From: an uncultured Phycisphaeraceae bacterium
GTDB taxonomy: Bacteria > Planctomycetota > B15-G4 > JADJEK01
DNA: 38,036 bases
Assembly: GCA_964649825.1 (NCBI GenBank)
Contig: CAZYQW010000109.1
Location: 1-38,036 of the forward strand
Direction: 5' to 3'
Of this stretch, positions 9,279 through 18,260 are shown piece after piece (the first letter of the stretch is position 1; each line of letters opens with the position of its first letter). The position numbers and the translations under genes are program-made. Under the pieces are notes generated by a model. The model made no database searches, had not been told where the DNA came from, and saw only the letters and a list, made by a program, of their open reading frames with translations.

Positions 9279-10369
9279 GCCGGCCCGACTCGAGCCCCGA
9301 GGTCTTCCGAGGCGCCCGCTTCGGTGAGCACGAGCACGCACCCCCCCCATCCGGCGCCGGTCAGTCGCGCGCCGAGGACTCCGTCCTGCGACACGACCGC
9401 GTCGACGAGGAAATCGAGGGCTTCGCTCGACGCCTCGTAGTGCTCGCGCAGCGATGCATGCGTGCGCGTGATGAGGCGGCCGCACTCCTCGACGTCGCCG
9501 CGCGCGAGGGCGGCTTTGAACGCGAGCACGCGTTCGATCTCGGTCACCACGTGCCACGCTCGCCGGAAGAGCGTCGCGTCCATCCGATCCCGGACGCTCT
9601 CGAGCTGGTCTTGCGTCGCGTCGCGCAACGAATCGACGGGGATCCCGATCTCCCGCAGCCCGCGCACGGCGCGGCGGCACTCGTCGACGCGTTCGTTGAA
9701 CCGCGAGTCCTTCAGCGAGCGTCGCGTCCCCGAGTCGACGACCATGACGTCGAGGTGGTTCCGATCGAGCGGGACGTGGATGAAGGTCCCGTCCCGGCAG
9801 TCCAGGTAGAGCGCGCGCTCGGGAGTGGCGAGGGCGCAGGCCATCGGATCCATCAGGCCGCAGGCGATCCCGACGTACCGGGTCTCGGCCTCGAACGCGG
9901 CCCGCGCGATCCCCAGGTCGTCGAGACCGAGTCCGAACCGGTCGTTCAGAGCTCGCCCGCACGCGACCAGGAGCGAGGCCGAGGATGACAGTCCGGCGCC
10001 TACCGGCAGGTCGCCCGCGACCGCCACGTCGAAGCCGGGCAGGGCGTGGCCGCGCGCCACCAGCGAACGCGCCATCCCGATCGGGTACGCGGCCCATCCG
10101 CGCGGGCGCGAGGAGGCCGAGAGCTCCTCCTCTCCGCCGTCTCCCTCGTTCGCGCTCAGGAGCCGGACCCGGTCGTCGTCGCGCGCCCGTACGGCCACGA
10201 ACGTGCCGCGGTTCAACCCGATCGGGAGCACCGGACCGAGGTTGTAGTCGACGTGGGCCCCGATCAGGTTCACCCGACCCGGAGCGAACGCCACGACCGG
10301 CTCGCTCCCCGCCCCGAGCGTGGAGAGGAGCTCGAGGACCTGCGCAGCCATCGAGGTCGGGGATTCCAT
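9209..10369 (-). CDS. galK: Galactokinase (GHMP kinase family)
   Basis: Galactokinase signature PGRVNLIGAHVDYN. GHMP ATP-binding motif PVGAGLSSSASLLVA. C-terminal GHMP domain. Confidence 0.85.
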   Translation of the reverse strand: MESPTSMAAQVLELLSTLGAGSEPVVAFAPGRVNLIGAHVDYNLGPVLPIGLNRGTFVAVRARDDDRVRLLSANEGDGGEEELSASSRPRGWAAYPIGMARSLVARGHALPGFDVAVAGDLPVGAGLSSSASLLVACGRALNDRFGLGLDDLGIARAAFEAETRYVGIACGLMDPMACALATPERALYLDCRDGTFIHVPLDRNHLDVMVVDSGTRRSLKDSRFNERVDECRRAVRGLREIGIPVDSLRDATQDQLESVRDRMDATLFRRAWHVVTEIERVLAFKAALARGDVEECGRLITRTHASLREHYEASSEALDFLVDAVVSQDGVLGARLTGAGWGGCVLVLTEAGASEDLGARVGPAYRARFGRDAQFHRVAGANGAER

Positions 10370-10441
10370 TGATCGCTCCCGGCCTTATGCTATCGTTCCG
10401 CGTTCGATGCGGTTCTCGATCTGCGAATCGTCGTGACGTGT

Positions 10442-10519
10442 GGTGGGTGTAGCTCAGTTGGTTAGAGCGCCACACTGTGGCTGTGGAGGTCGCGGGTTCA
10501 AATCCCGTCACTCACCCCA
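10442..10519 (+). tRNA. tRNA-His (anticodon GTG) with extra 5' G(-1)
   Basis: Cloverleaf read manually. Acceptor GTGGGTG/CACTCAC. D-arm GCTCAGTTGGTTAGAGC. Anticodon loop CTGTGGC. T-arm GCGGGTTCAAATCCCGT. Discriminator C, then CCA. Confidence 0.85.
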
Positions 10520-10560
10520 TCCTCACGACCTGCGACCGAGACCACCGTCGAACCCAAGGT

Positions 10561-10637
10561 GCGCCCGTAGCTCAACTGGATAGAGTATCGGGCTTCGAAC
10601 CCGAGGGTTGCAGGTTCGAGTCCTGCCGGGCGTACCA
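10561..10637 (+). tRNA. tRNA-Arg (anticodon TCG)
   Basis: GCGCCCGTAGCTCAACTGGATAGAGTA. Anticodon stem TCGGG/CCCGA with loop CTTCGAA. T-arm GCAGGTTCGAGTCCTGC. Ends ...CGGGCGTACCA. Confidence 0.85.
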
Positions 10638-10660
10638 ACTCCCTTGCTCCTCCCCCTATC

Positions 10661-10700
10661 CCATCGGTCCCCATCGGTCCCCATCGGTTGCCAGCGGTTG
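10661..10700. repeat. 10-bp tandem repeat (ccatcggtcc x ~4, last copies degenerate) between tRNA-Arg and tRNA-Lys
   Basis: ccatcggtcc ccatcggtcc ccatcggttg ccagcggttg, seen directly. Confidence 0.8.
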
Positions 10701-10866
10701 CACTGGGCCCTCCGGTCTCGGCCGCGTGACCTGTGAACATGGGATCACCGAAACGCGCCGTCGAGCGGGCGGCCAAGCTTCTCGATCGCGACCTTGACAC
10801 GGAATCGAGTTCCGCTAAAAGAGCAGGTTTCCCTCCCGACCGCGGGAGGCGATGGCGGAAACGCGG

Positions 10867-10942
10867 GCCCTCTTAGCTCAGTTGGTAGAGCAGCTGATTC
10901 TTAATCAGCGGGTCGTAGGTTCGAGTCCTACAGAGGGTACCA
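10867..10942 (+). tRNA. tRNA-Lys (anticodon CTT)
   Basis: Acceptor GCCCTCT/AGAGGGT (G1-U72 wobble). D-arm GCTCAGTTGGTAGAGC. Anticodon stem GCTGA/TCAGC with loop TTCTTAA. T-arm GTAGGTTCGAGTCCTAC. ACCA 3' end. Confidence 0.85.
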
Positions 10943-10943
10943 C

Positions 10944-11804
10944 TCATCCTCGCTTCCTCCCTCCGATCGCGCACCACCGTCCCCGCCGCCAAACGACCTC
11001 GACATCGATGCCCGCTCGCTCCAGGGACACGAGCGTGACGAGAAGCTCCGCCGCGCGCCAGCCGGACGCCACCAGCCACCCGCCGGGACGAACGACCCGC
11101 GCAAGGTCGATCGCGTGGCGTTGCAGCAGGTCGTAGTAGAGGTTCGCGAGCGCGCCGTCGAAGCGCTCCGAAACGTCGTCGAGCGCTTCGAAGCCCGACG
11201 TGCGGAAACGGACGCGATCGATCACGGAGTTCTGCGTCGCGAGACGCCGCGCGCAGTCGGCCGAGTTCGGGTCGACGTCGAAACCGCTCGCGTGCCCCGC
11301 GCCGAGCCGGACCGCGGTCACCGCGAGGATGCCGCTGCCGGTGCCGGCGTCCAGGACCTCATCGCCAAGTGCGAGGTACCGCTGCAGCAGGAGGATGGCC
11401 CCGCGAGTCGACGCGTGGCGCCCGGTGCCATAGGCGCCGCCGGGCTCGAGAAGGAGGAGGACGTCATCGACCCGCGGCGGCGGCGCGGCGTCGGAGGTCT
11501 GGATGCAGACGCGACCGATCCGGAACGGTCGCCAGCTCTCGCGCGCCGCGCCGACGTAGTCGACGTGCTCGAGTCGCCGGAAATCGACGTCGATGGCACC
11601 GATCGCGCGGAACTCGTCCTGGAGCCGGAGCCGCAGCTCCGGGCCGTCGTTGGCGTCGCTCACGTACGTGCGGATCTGGCCCGTCTCGAGGAGAACGCCG
11701 GTGAACGGCGGGCGACAGATCGCTTCGGCCGCGAGCTCCTCGAGCCCCGCCGGGACGCGGATCGTCACTTCGATCCAGCCGTCCACTCCGGCCGGATCAG
11801 TCAC
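10944..11804 (-). CDS. prmA: Ribosomal protein L11 methyltransferase
   Basis: SAM-MTase motif I (VLDAGTGSGILAV) followed by GFDVDP and NSV. N-terminal WIEVTI. GTG start chosen to limit overlap with the upstream HK. Stop abuts the tRNA-Lys 3' end. Confidence 0.75.
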   Translation of the reverse strand: MTDPAGVDGWIEVTIRVPAGLEELAAEAICRPPFTGVLLETGQIRTYVSDANDGPELRLRLQDEFRAIGAIDVDFRRLEHVDYVGAARESWRPFRIGRVCIQTSDAAPPPRVDDVLLLLEPGGAYGTGRHASTRGAILLLQRYLALGDEVLDAGTGSGILAVTAVRLGAGHASGFDVDPNSADCARRLATQNSVIDRVRFRTSGFEALDDVSERFDGALANLYYDLLQRHAIDLARVVRPGGWLVASGWRAAELLVTLVSLERAGIDVEVVWRRGRWCAIGGRKRG

Positions 11805-13530
11805 GTGGCACCTCGAGCACGAACGCGGCGCCCTCCTGCCAGCGAGAATCGAGCGCGAGGCTGCCACCCATCCGGAGCGCGAGTCCCCGGCACAAGGCGA
11901 GACCCAACCCCACGCCTGGCTTCGTGCGCGCCGCTTCGTCCACCGACTTCGAGAACGGGCGGAACAGACGCCGCCGCTGCTCGGCGGTGATGCCGGGCCC
12001 GAAGTCGCGTACCGCGATCCGCGCCCGCTTCGAATCGAACTCCGCTTCGATCAGGATGCGCCGATCGCGGGCCGGATCCGCGTACTTGCATGCATTGTCG
12101 ACGAGGTTGAACAGGACCTGCTCGACGGCGTCCACGTCGGCGCGGACCATCGCGCGATCGGCGCCGGCCGGCCGCGCGACCTCGACCGACCGACCGCTCG
12201 TCGCCGCGAACTCCACCGCGCGCTCGGTGGCTCGTCCGACGAGATCGGCGAGCGCGATCACCTCGACGCGGCCCGATTCCTTCCCGGTCGCCTCGATCCT
12301 CGAGTACGCGAGCACGTTCTCGACGAGATGGCCGAGGCGGTCGGCCTCGCGCTTCAACGTACCGAAGTAGCGCTGCCGCTTCTCGTCGCCGGTCACCCGG
12401 CCGTCCGCCAGGAGCTCGGTGTACATCCGCAGCGTCGTGAGCGGCGTGCGCAGCTCGTGCGTCACCGCGGAGACGAACGCGCCGCGGCGCTCGCTGTAGA
12501 CGAGGATGCCGCGCAGGAGGAACGCGCACGCGATCGCCGCGATGGCGACGCACCCGACCGCCAGAAGGAGCGACAGCCGCAGCGGCGAGACGCCCGCCGG
12601 CTGCGCGGCGGGGATCGAGCCGGGAACGAGCCGGACCGGGAGGGACGCCAGCATGAGGCCGTTCGGATCACGGTCGGGGTAGCGCAGCGGCTCGACCACC
12701 GCGTTCGGGAGAAGCTCGCGCACGTCCTCGACGAGTCGCTCGCGGACCGCGTCCCAGTCGAGCCAGCACCCCTGCACATAAGGATGTCCATTGATGACCA
12801 GGTGGCGCGCAAGGAAGAGCGAGCCGGCGCACCAGTACGGCCGCATCGGGCCTTCGTCCACCCACGCGTCGTGGTCGCCATCGAGCTGGACGCGGTTCTG
12901 CGCGATCGACTGGGCTTGCTGGACCTGTTGCCGGCGGGCACGAAACTCCCGCAGGTTCTTCAGGAGCGACGAGGGACGGGCCCGCACGAGGTCCCCCGAG
13001 CTCTCCTCCCCCTCCTGCTCGATGATCACGCGCTGCAGCGACTCCTTCCCGAACAGCCGCTTCAGGGCGAGGATGCGCCGGCCCGCCTCTTCATACGTGG
13101 AAGTGGGCCCGAACGCCGCCTCGGCCCGCACCCGGAACTCGCCGTCCGGACACTGCGGCGACGTGACGCCGTGGGTCGGACCGATCTGGAAGTGAAGCCG
13201 CGTGAACGGCACGAAGTCGGTCAAGAGCGGCGACGCCTCCACGCCCTCCGCCGCGACCGCGTTGCGCCCCATGCGCGCGTACGCCAGGTCGGTCGCGTAG
13301 AACGGGTAGTAGTGGAAGAACGGCCGCGCCGCCTCCTGCACGACGAGCGGCACCACCGCGTACTCCATGCGCCACAGCGAGCGGAGGGCCAGGTCATCGA
13401 TCCGGTCGTTCTCCTCGGCCGTGTGCCGTTGCGCCTCGAGATCGAGCACGGTCGTCGTGAGCCAGGCGGCAGCGCCGAGGACGACGAGGAGGCACGTCGA
13501 GAAGACGATCCAGATCGCGCCGGACTTCAT
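11797..13530 (-). CDS. Sensor histidine kinase (two TM helices flanking a ~300-aa periplasmic domain; HisKA + HATPase_c)
   Basis: H-box SAVTHELRTPLTTL. N-box NLVDNACKYA. G-box GVGLGLALCRGLA. ATG overlaps the response regulator stop (ATGA). The longer ORF 5' extension overlaps the RR and is rejected. Confidence 0.85.
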   Translation of the reverse strand: MKSGAIWIVFSTCLLVVLGAAAWLTTTVLDLEAQRHTAEENDRIDDLALRSLWRMEYAVVPLVVQEAARPFFHYYPFYATDLAYARMGRNAVAAEGVEASPLLTDFVPFTRLHFQIGPTHGVTSPQCPDGEFRVRAEAAFGPTSTYEEAGRRILALKRLFGKESLQRVIIEQEGEESSGDLVRARPSSLLKNLREFRARRQQVQQAQSIAQNRVQLDGDHDAWVDEGPMRPYWCAGSLFLARHLVINGHPYVQGCWLDWDAVRERLVEDVRELLPNAVVEPLRYPDRDPNGLMLASLPVRLVPGSIPAAQPAGVSPLRLSLLLAVGCVAIAAIACAFLLRGILVYSERRGAFVSAVTHELRTPLTTLRMYTELLADGRVTGDEKRQRYFGTLKREADRLGHLVENVLAYSRIEATGKESGRVEVIALADLVGRATERAVEFAATSGRSVEVARPAGADRAMVRADVDAVEQVLFNLVDNACKYADPARDRRILIEAEFDSKRARIAVRDFGPGITAEQRRRLFRPFSKSVDEAARTKPGVGLGLALCRGLALRMGGSLALDSRWQEGAAFVLEVPRD

Positions 13531-14237
13531 TCGGATCCGCCGGGCGCGTCCGGCTTCGCGAACATGTATCCCTTCCCGCGGACGGTCAGGATCAGACGCG
13601 GGTGCGACGGGTCGTCGCGCAGCTTCTCGCGCAGGCGCGCCACGTGCATGTCGATCGTCCGCGTCTCCGCGCCGCGCGGGTCGAGCCGCCACACGTTCGA
13701 GAGCAGCTCGGCGCGCGAGATCGCGCGGCCCGCGTGGTTCACGAGGTAGCGGAGGAGCTCCTCCTCGCGCACCGACAGCTCGGAGCGTTCGCCGTTCCCG
13801 AACCGGACCTCGCGACGCGCGAAATCGACCTCGCCCTCCCCCACGCCGACCGACGCGACGTCGCTCGGGCGCTCGGCGGATCGCCGCAGCACGGCCTCGA
13901 CCCGGGCGATCAGCTCGCGCGCGGAGAACGGCTTCACCACGTAATCGTCCGCGCCGAGCTTCAGTCCGTTCACCCGGTCGTCCTCCTCGCCGCGCGCGGT
14001 CAGGCAGATCACCGGCAACGTCGGCCGCGACTCGCGGATGCCGGCGAGGACCGCGAACCCGTCGAGCTCCGGCAGGACGACGTCGAGCAGGACGAGGTCG
14101 AACTCGCCTCGCACCGCGGCAGCCAGCCCGTCCTGACCGTTGTCGCAGGCGGTCGCCTGATACCCCTCGGACTCGAGCGTGTCGATCACGCCGTCTCGAA
14201 TCGCCGCGTCGTCCTCGACCACGAGAATCCGCATCAT
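13527..14237 (-). CDS. OmpR-family response regulator (receiver + winged-helix DNA-binding domain)
   Basis: MRILVVEDD...D..LPELDG..K receiver motifs. C-terminal trans_reg_C (LTVRGKGYMF). GGAG 6 nt upstream of the ATG pair. Confidence 0.9.
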   Translation of the reverse strand: MMRILVVEDDAAIRDGVIDTLESEGYQATACDNGQDGLAAAVRGEFDLVLLDVVLPELDGFAVLAGIRESRPTLPVICLTARGEEDDRVNGLKLGADDYVVKPFSARELIARVEAVLRRSAERPSDVASVGVGEGEVDFARREVRFGNGERSELSVREEELLRYLVNHAGRAISRAELLSNVWRLDPRGAETRTIDMHVARLREKLRDDPSHPRLILTVRGKGYMFAKPDAPGGSE

Positions 14238-14398
14238 CGCTCCAACATACCGTCCGGGACTCCGCCGCCACCACGGTGCCACGCCCGCCGCCGTTCTTTG
14301 GTCACGCGGTTGTAACGGCGTACGGTCCGCGCTTGCCGCGGCTGGGCGCCTCTGTTCGAATCATCCGCCTCGACGCCGCACGAGCGACGCATCCCGCC

Positions 14399-14483
14399 GC
14401 GAGGATGGCGGAACCGGCAGACGCGCCAGATTTAGGATCTGGTGGGGCAACCCGTGGGGGTTCGAGTCCCCCTCCTCGCACCA
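14399..14483 (+). tRNA. tRNA-Leu (anticodon TAG), class II with long variable arm
   Basis: GCGAGGATGGCGGAACCGGCAGACGC D-arm. Anticodon stem CCAGA/TCTGG with loop TTTAGGA. Long variable arm. T-arm GGGGGTTCGAGTCCCCC. ...TCCTCGCACCA. Coordinates are +/-1 because local base counting was ambiguous. Confidence 0.8.
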
Positions 14484-14630
14484 GCTCGACCGGGATCGGG
14501 GTGCAGCGGCAGGATTCCTTCACCAGCGCTCTGCGGCCCCTCCGGCGTCACGTTCGCGAAGACCGCGCACTGACGAGTGCGACGGCGGCGGCCCGCGGCG
14601 GCGCTCTGCCGGGCGCCGCTGCGTGACGTC

Positions 14631-17018
14631 TCACCCGGGCCACGTCCAGTCGCGGTGCCGCGGCGCGTCGACGCCGTGGCACCACGCGTAGTTCCGGCTG
14701 TCGATCTGCATGTCGCGCAGATCCTCCTTCACGTGCGCGCCGCCGACACGGAGGCGCGGCACCCGGTCGATGACGTCGATCGCCAGGCTGAACCGGTCGA
14801 TCTCGTTGGCGATCGCGAGCTCGAGCGGCGTGTTGATCGCGCCGCGCTCCTTGTAGCCGCGGACGTGGAGGTTCCGGTGGTTGGTGCGCCGGTAGGCGAG
14901 CCGGTGGATCAGCCACGGATAGCCATGGAAGTTGAAGATGATCGGCTTGTCGGTGGTGAAGAGACTGTCGAAGTCGCGATCCTCCAGGCCGTGCGGATGC
15001 TCGGAGGCGTGCGTCATCCGGAACAGGTCGACGACGTTGACGAAGCGGATCTTGAGGTCGGGGAAACGCTCGCGGAGCAGCGCGACCGCGGCGAGCGCCT
15101 CCTGGGTCGATACGTCGCCGCAGCTCGCCATCACGACGTCCGGGTCGGCGCCCTGGTCGTTGCTCGCCCAATCCCAAATGCCGATCCCTTTGGTGCAATG
15201 GCGGACGGCGGCGTCCATGTCGAGATACTGGAGATGGCGCTGTTTGTCCGCGACGATCACGTTCACGTCGTTCGTGCTGCGCAGACAATGATCGGCGACG
15301 GAGAGGAGCGTGTTCGCGTCCGGCGGCAAGTAGATGCGGGTAACGGACGGGCTCTTGTTCACCACGAGGTCCAGGAAGCCGGGATCCTGGTGGGTGAAGC
15401 CATTGTGGTCCTGGCGCCAGACGGTGGACGTGATCAGCAGGTTCAACGACGAGATCGGCGCGCGCCACGGCAGGCGCGCCGACATGTCGAGCCACTTGGC
15501 GTGTTGGTTGAACATCGAATCGATCACGTGGACGAACGCCTCATAGGTCGACAAGAAGCCGTGGCGCCCGGTCAGCAGGTATCCCTCGAGCCAGCCCTCG
15601 AGGGTGTGCTCCGAGAGCATCTCCATCACGCGCCCGTCGGCGGCGAGTTCGCTGCCGTCCGCGTCCTCGGGCAGCATGTCGGCGAGCCAGGTCTTCTTGG
15701 TCGCCTCGTAGACGGCGTCGAGCTTGTTCGACTTCGTCTCGTCCGGTCCGAACACGCGGAAGTTGTCCGGGTTCTTGCGCAGCACGTCGCGCAGGAGCGC
15801 TCCCAACGGCCGCGTCGGCTCGGCCCGGCTCCCGCCCGGCTGGCCGACGGTGAGTGCGTACTCGCGGAAGTCCGGCATCCGCAGCGGCCGGCGGAGCAGC
15901 CCGCCGTTGGCGTGCGGGTTCGCGCTCATGCGTCGCGTGTCCGCCGGCGCCAGCGCACGCAGCTCGGGGACCAGCCTCCCCGCGTCGTCGAAGAGCTCCT
16001 CGGGATGGTAGCCGCGGAGCCACTGCTCGAGCTGCTTCAGGTGCGCGGGGTTCTCGCGCACCGCGGCGAGTGGAACCTGGTGCGCGCGGAAGAAGCCCTC
16101 GACCTTGTGGCCGTCGACCACGGCCGGCCCGGTCCAGCCCTTCGGGCTCCGGAGCACCAGCATCGGCCACCGCGGACGCGAAGGAGTACCGGTGCGACGC
16201 GCCTCCTCCTGCACCCGGCGGATCTCGAGCACGCAACGCTCCAACGTCCCCGCCATCGCTTGGTGCATCGTCCGCGGATCGTCGCCCTCGACGAAGTGCG
16301 GGGTCCAGCCGTAGCCGCGAAACAGCGCGTCGAGCTCCGCGTGCGAGATGCGCGCGAGCACCGCCGGATTGTGGATCTTGTACCCGTTGAGGTTGAGGAT
16401 CGGCAGCACGGCTCCGTCGCGAATCGGGTTCAGGAACTTGTTCGAGTGCCACGCCGTCGCGAGCGGCCCCGTCTCCGCCTCACCGTCCCCCACCACCACC
16501 GCCACGAGCAGCTCCGGGTTGTCGAACGCCGCCCCGAACGCGTGCGCCAAGCTGTAGCCAAGCTCGCCGCCTTCGTGGATCGAGCCGGGCGTCTCCGGCG
16601 TGCAGTGGCTGCCGATGCCGCCCGGGAAGGAGAACTCCTTGAAGAAGGTCCGCATCCCCGCCTCGTCCTCGCTCTTGTTCGGATAGACCTCCGCGTACGT
16701 CCCCTCGAGGTAGACGGGGCCGAGCACGCCCGGCGCGCCGTGGCCGGGACCCGCGAGGAAGATCGCGGAGAGGTCGTACGCACGGATGAGCCGGTTCAAG
16801 TGCACATAGATGAAGCTGAGGCCGGGGCTGGCCCCCCAATGGCCGAGCAATCGCTCCTTCACGTGCGCCGCATCGAGCGGCTTGCGCAGCAGCGGATTGT
16901 CCCGGAGATAGATCATGCCCGCGGCAAGATAGTTGCATGCGCTCCAGTACGCGTGGAGCGCATTCAGCTCGTCTTCGGCCAGGGGCTCGCCGCCCGCCGC
17001 TGGATGCGGGTTCGCCAT
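14631..17018 (-). CDS. xfp: Xylulose-5-phosphate/fructose-6-phosphate phosphoketolase
   Basis: Phosphoketolase signatures EGGELGYS and [23 protein letters not shown]-binding GDGE region. ~795 aa from the MANPHP start, which has a GGAGG SD. Confidence 0.9.
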   Translation of the reverse strand: MANPHPAAGGEPLAEDELNALHAYWSACNYLAAGMIYLRDNPLLRKPLDAAHVKERLLGHWGASPGLSFIYVHLNRLIRAYDLSAIFLAGPGHGAPGVLGPVYLEGTYAEVYPNKSEDEAGMRTFFKEFSFPGGIGSHCTPETPGSIHEGGELGYSLAHAFGAAFDNPELLVAVVVGDGEAETGPLATAWHSNKFLNPIRDGAVLPILNLNGYKIHNPAVLARISHAELDALFRGYGWTPHFVEGDDPRTMHQAMAGTLERCVLEIRRVQEEARRTGTPSRPRWPMLVLRSPKGWTGPAVVDGHKVEGFFRAHQVPLAAVRENPAHLKQLEQWLRGYHPEELFDDAGRLVPELRALAPADTRRMSANPHANGGLLRRPLRMPDFREYALTVGQPGGSRAEPTRPLGALLRDVLRKNPDNFRVFGPDETKSNKLDAVYEATKKTWLADMLPEDADGSELAADGRVMEMLSEHTLEGWLEGYLLTGRHGFLSTYEAFVHVIDSMFNQHAKWLDMSARLPWRAPISSLNLLITSTVWRQDHNGFTHQDPGFLDLVVNKSPSVTRIYLPPDANTLLSVADHCLRSTNDVNVIVADKQRHLQYLDMDAAVRHCTKGIGIWDWASNDQGADPDVVMASCGDVSTQEALAAVALLRERFPDLKIRFVNVVDLFRMTHASEHPHGLEDRDFDSLFTTDKPIIFNFHGYPWLIHRLAYRRTNHRNLHVRGYKERGAINTPLELAIANEIDRFSLAIDVIDRVPRLRVGGAHVKEDLRDMQIDSRNYAWCHGVDAPRHRDWTWPG

Positions 17019-17095
17019 CGGAGGCACCTCCATTCGTTTCGCGTGGTCGTTTCGACCACGGTATCGGAGCGGTCCAAAGGGAGTACGCAAGACTC

Positions 17096-18247
17096 ATGCC
17101 CAGGCCACGAACTCAGGTCGACACGGCGCCGCTGCGCATCGCCGTCTTCAACGCCGGCAGCGCGACCGTGAAGACCGCGATCGTCGAGGTCGACTCCGGC
17201 GACGCGACGGTGCTGGGGCGCGGTTCGCGCGATGTCCCCGCGGGCGGCGATCGCGTGGCGTCCTTCCGCGCCGCCCTGTCCGACGCCGGCGCGGACTCGG
17301 GCCCGATCGACGGGGTCGGACATCGCGTCGTCCACGGCGGACGCTCCTACTCCGCGCCGGTGCGGATCGACGCCGAGGTCGAGCGCGTCATCCAGGACCT
17401 TGCTCGGCTCGCCCCGCAGCACAACCCCCCCGCGCTCGAGGGGATCCGCGTCGCGCGCGAGGCGTTCCCGGACCGTCCGGCGGTCGCCGTCTTCGACACC
17501 GGCTTCCACGCCGCGCGCTCCGTGGAGTCGACCCGCTACGCGCTGCCGTGGGATCTGGCGGAGTCGATCGGTTTGATCCGCTACGGCTTCCACGGGATCG
17601 CGCACGCGTCGCTCGTCGACGCGGTCGCGGAGGCGGAGTCGAAGCCTCCCACCGAGGTGACGGCGGTCACGCTGCAGTTGGGCGGAGGATGCTCGGCATG
17701 CGCCGTCGAGGGGGGAAGGTCGATCGAGACCTCGATGGGGTTCTCGCCGCTCGAGGGGCTTCCCATGGCGACCCGCTCGGGGAACGTCGACCCATCCGTC
17801 CTGCTCGAGCTGATGGACCAGGGCCGAACGTCGGCGGAGATCCGCGAGCTGCTCACGCGGCGGTCCGGCCTTCTCGGCCTGGCCGGCCACGCGGACATGC
17901 GCGACGTCCTGGCCGCCGAGTCGGCGGGCAGCGAGCGTGCGCGGGTCGCCGTCGGCCATTTGGTGCATCACGTCGTGGCGACGATCGGCGCGTACCTCAC
18001 GCTGCTCGGTGGCCACGGGTGCGTCGTGTTCGGCGGCGGAGTCGGCACGCACTCCGCCGAAGTTCGACGGCGAGTCGCGGCGGGCCTGACCGCCTGGAAC
18101 GTCGAGCTCGACGCGACGCGGAACGAAGCGAACGTGCCCGGTCTCATCAGCACGGTGCGTCGCCGTCCGGTGTACGTGTTCGAGACCGACGAGGAACGGC
18201 GCATCGCCCGGAGCGTGTACGAGGTGCTCGCGGAGGACCGCGCTTGA
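17096..18247 (+). CDS. ackA: Acetate kinase
   Basis: AckA motifs IAVFNAGSATVK, GHRVVHGG, LAPQHNPPAL, VAVFDTGFH, RYGFHGIAH, SMGFSPLEGL. Divergent from xfp across a 77-bp intergenic region. Confidence 0.9.
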   Translation: MPRPRTQVDTAPLRIAVFNAGSATVKTAIVEVDSGDATVLGRGSRDVPAGGDRVASFRAALSDAGADSGPIDGVGHRVVHGGRSYSAPVRIDAEVERVIQDLARLAPQHNPPALEGIRVAREAFPDRPAVAVFDTGFHAARSVESTRYALPWDLAESIGLIRYGFHGIAHASLVDAVAEAESKPPTEVTAVTLQLGGGCSACAVEGGRSIETSMGFSPLEGLPMATRSGNVDPSVLLELMDQGRTSAEIRELLTRRSGLLGLAGHADMRDVLAAESAGSERARVAVGHLVHHVVATIGAYLTLLGGHGCVVFGGGVGTHSAEVRRRVAAGLTAWNVELDATRNEANVPGLISTVRRRPVYVFETDEERRIARSVYEVLAEDRA

Positions 18248-18260
18248 GCTCGCCGCGCCG

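Noticed and set aside
8913-10511. 532-aa minus-strand ORF starting inside the tRNA cluster (MTGFEPATSTATVWRSNQLSYTHH...).
   Set aside because: The N-terminus is the classic antisense-tRNA translation artefact. The remainder is antisense to galK.
11805-11867. Longer N-terminal extensions of prmA (to 11867) and of the HK (to 14274).
   Set aside because: The extensions overlap the upstream genes extensively and are Arg-rich. Internal starts (GTG 11804; ATG 13530 with ATGA coupling) give canonical N-termini (WIEVTI for PrmA; a TM helix for the HK).
14399-14483. Possibility that tRNA-Leu is a pseudo-tRNA with a mispaired acceptor stem.
   Set aside because: Reading the acceptor as GCGAGGA/TCCTCGC, consistent with both overlapping ORF translations in the provided track, gives a perfect 7-bp stem. 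The apparent mismatch came from ambiguous hand-counting of bases.
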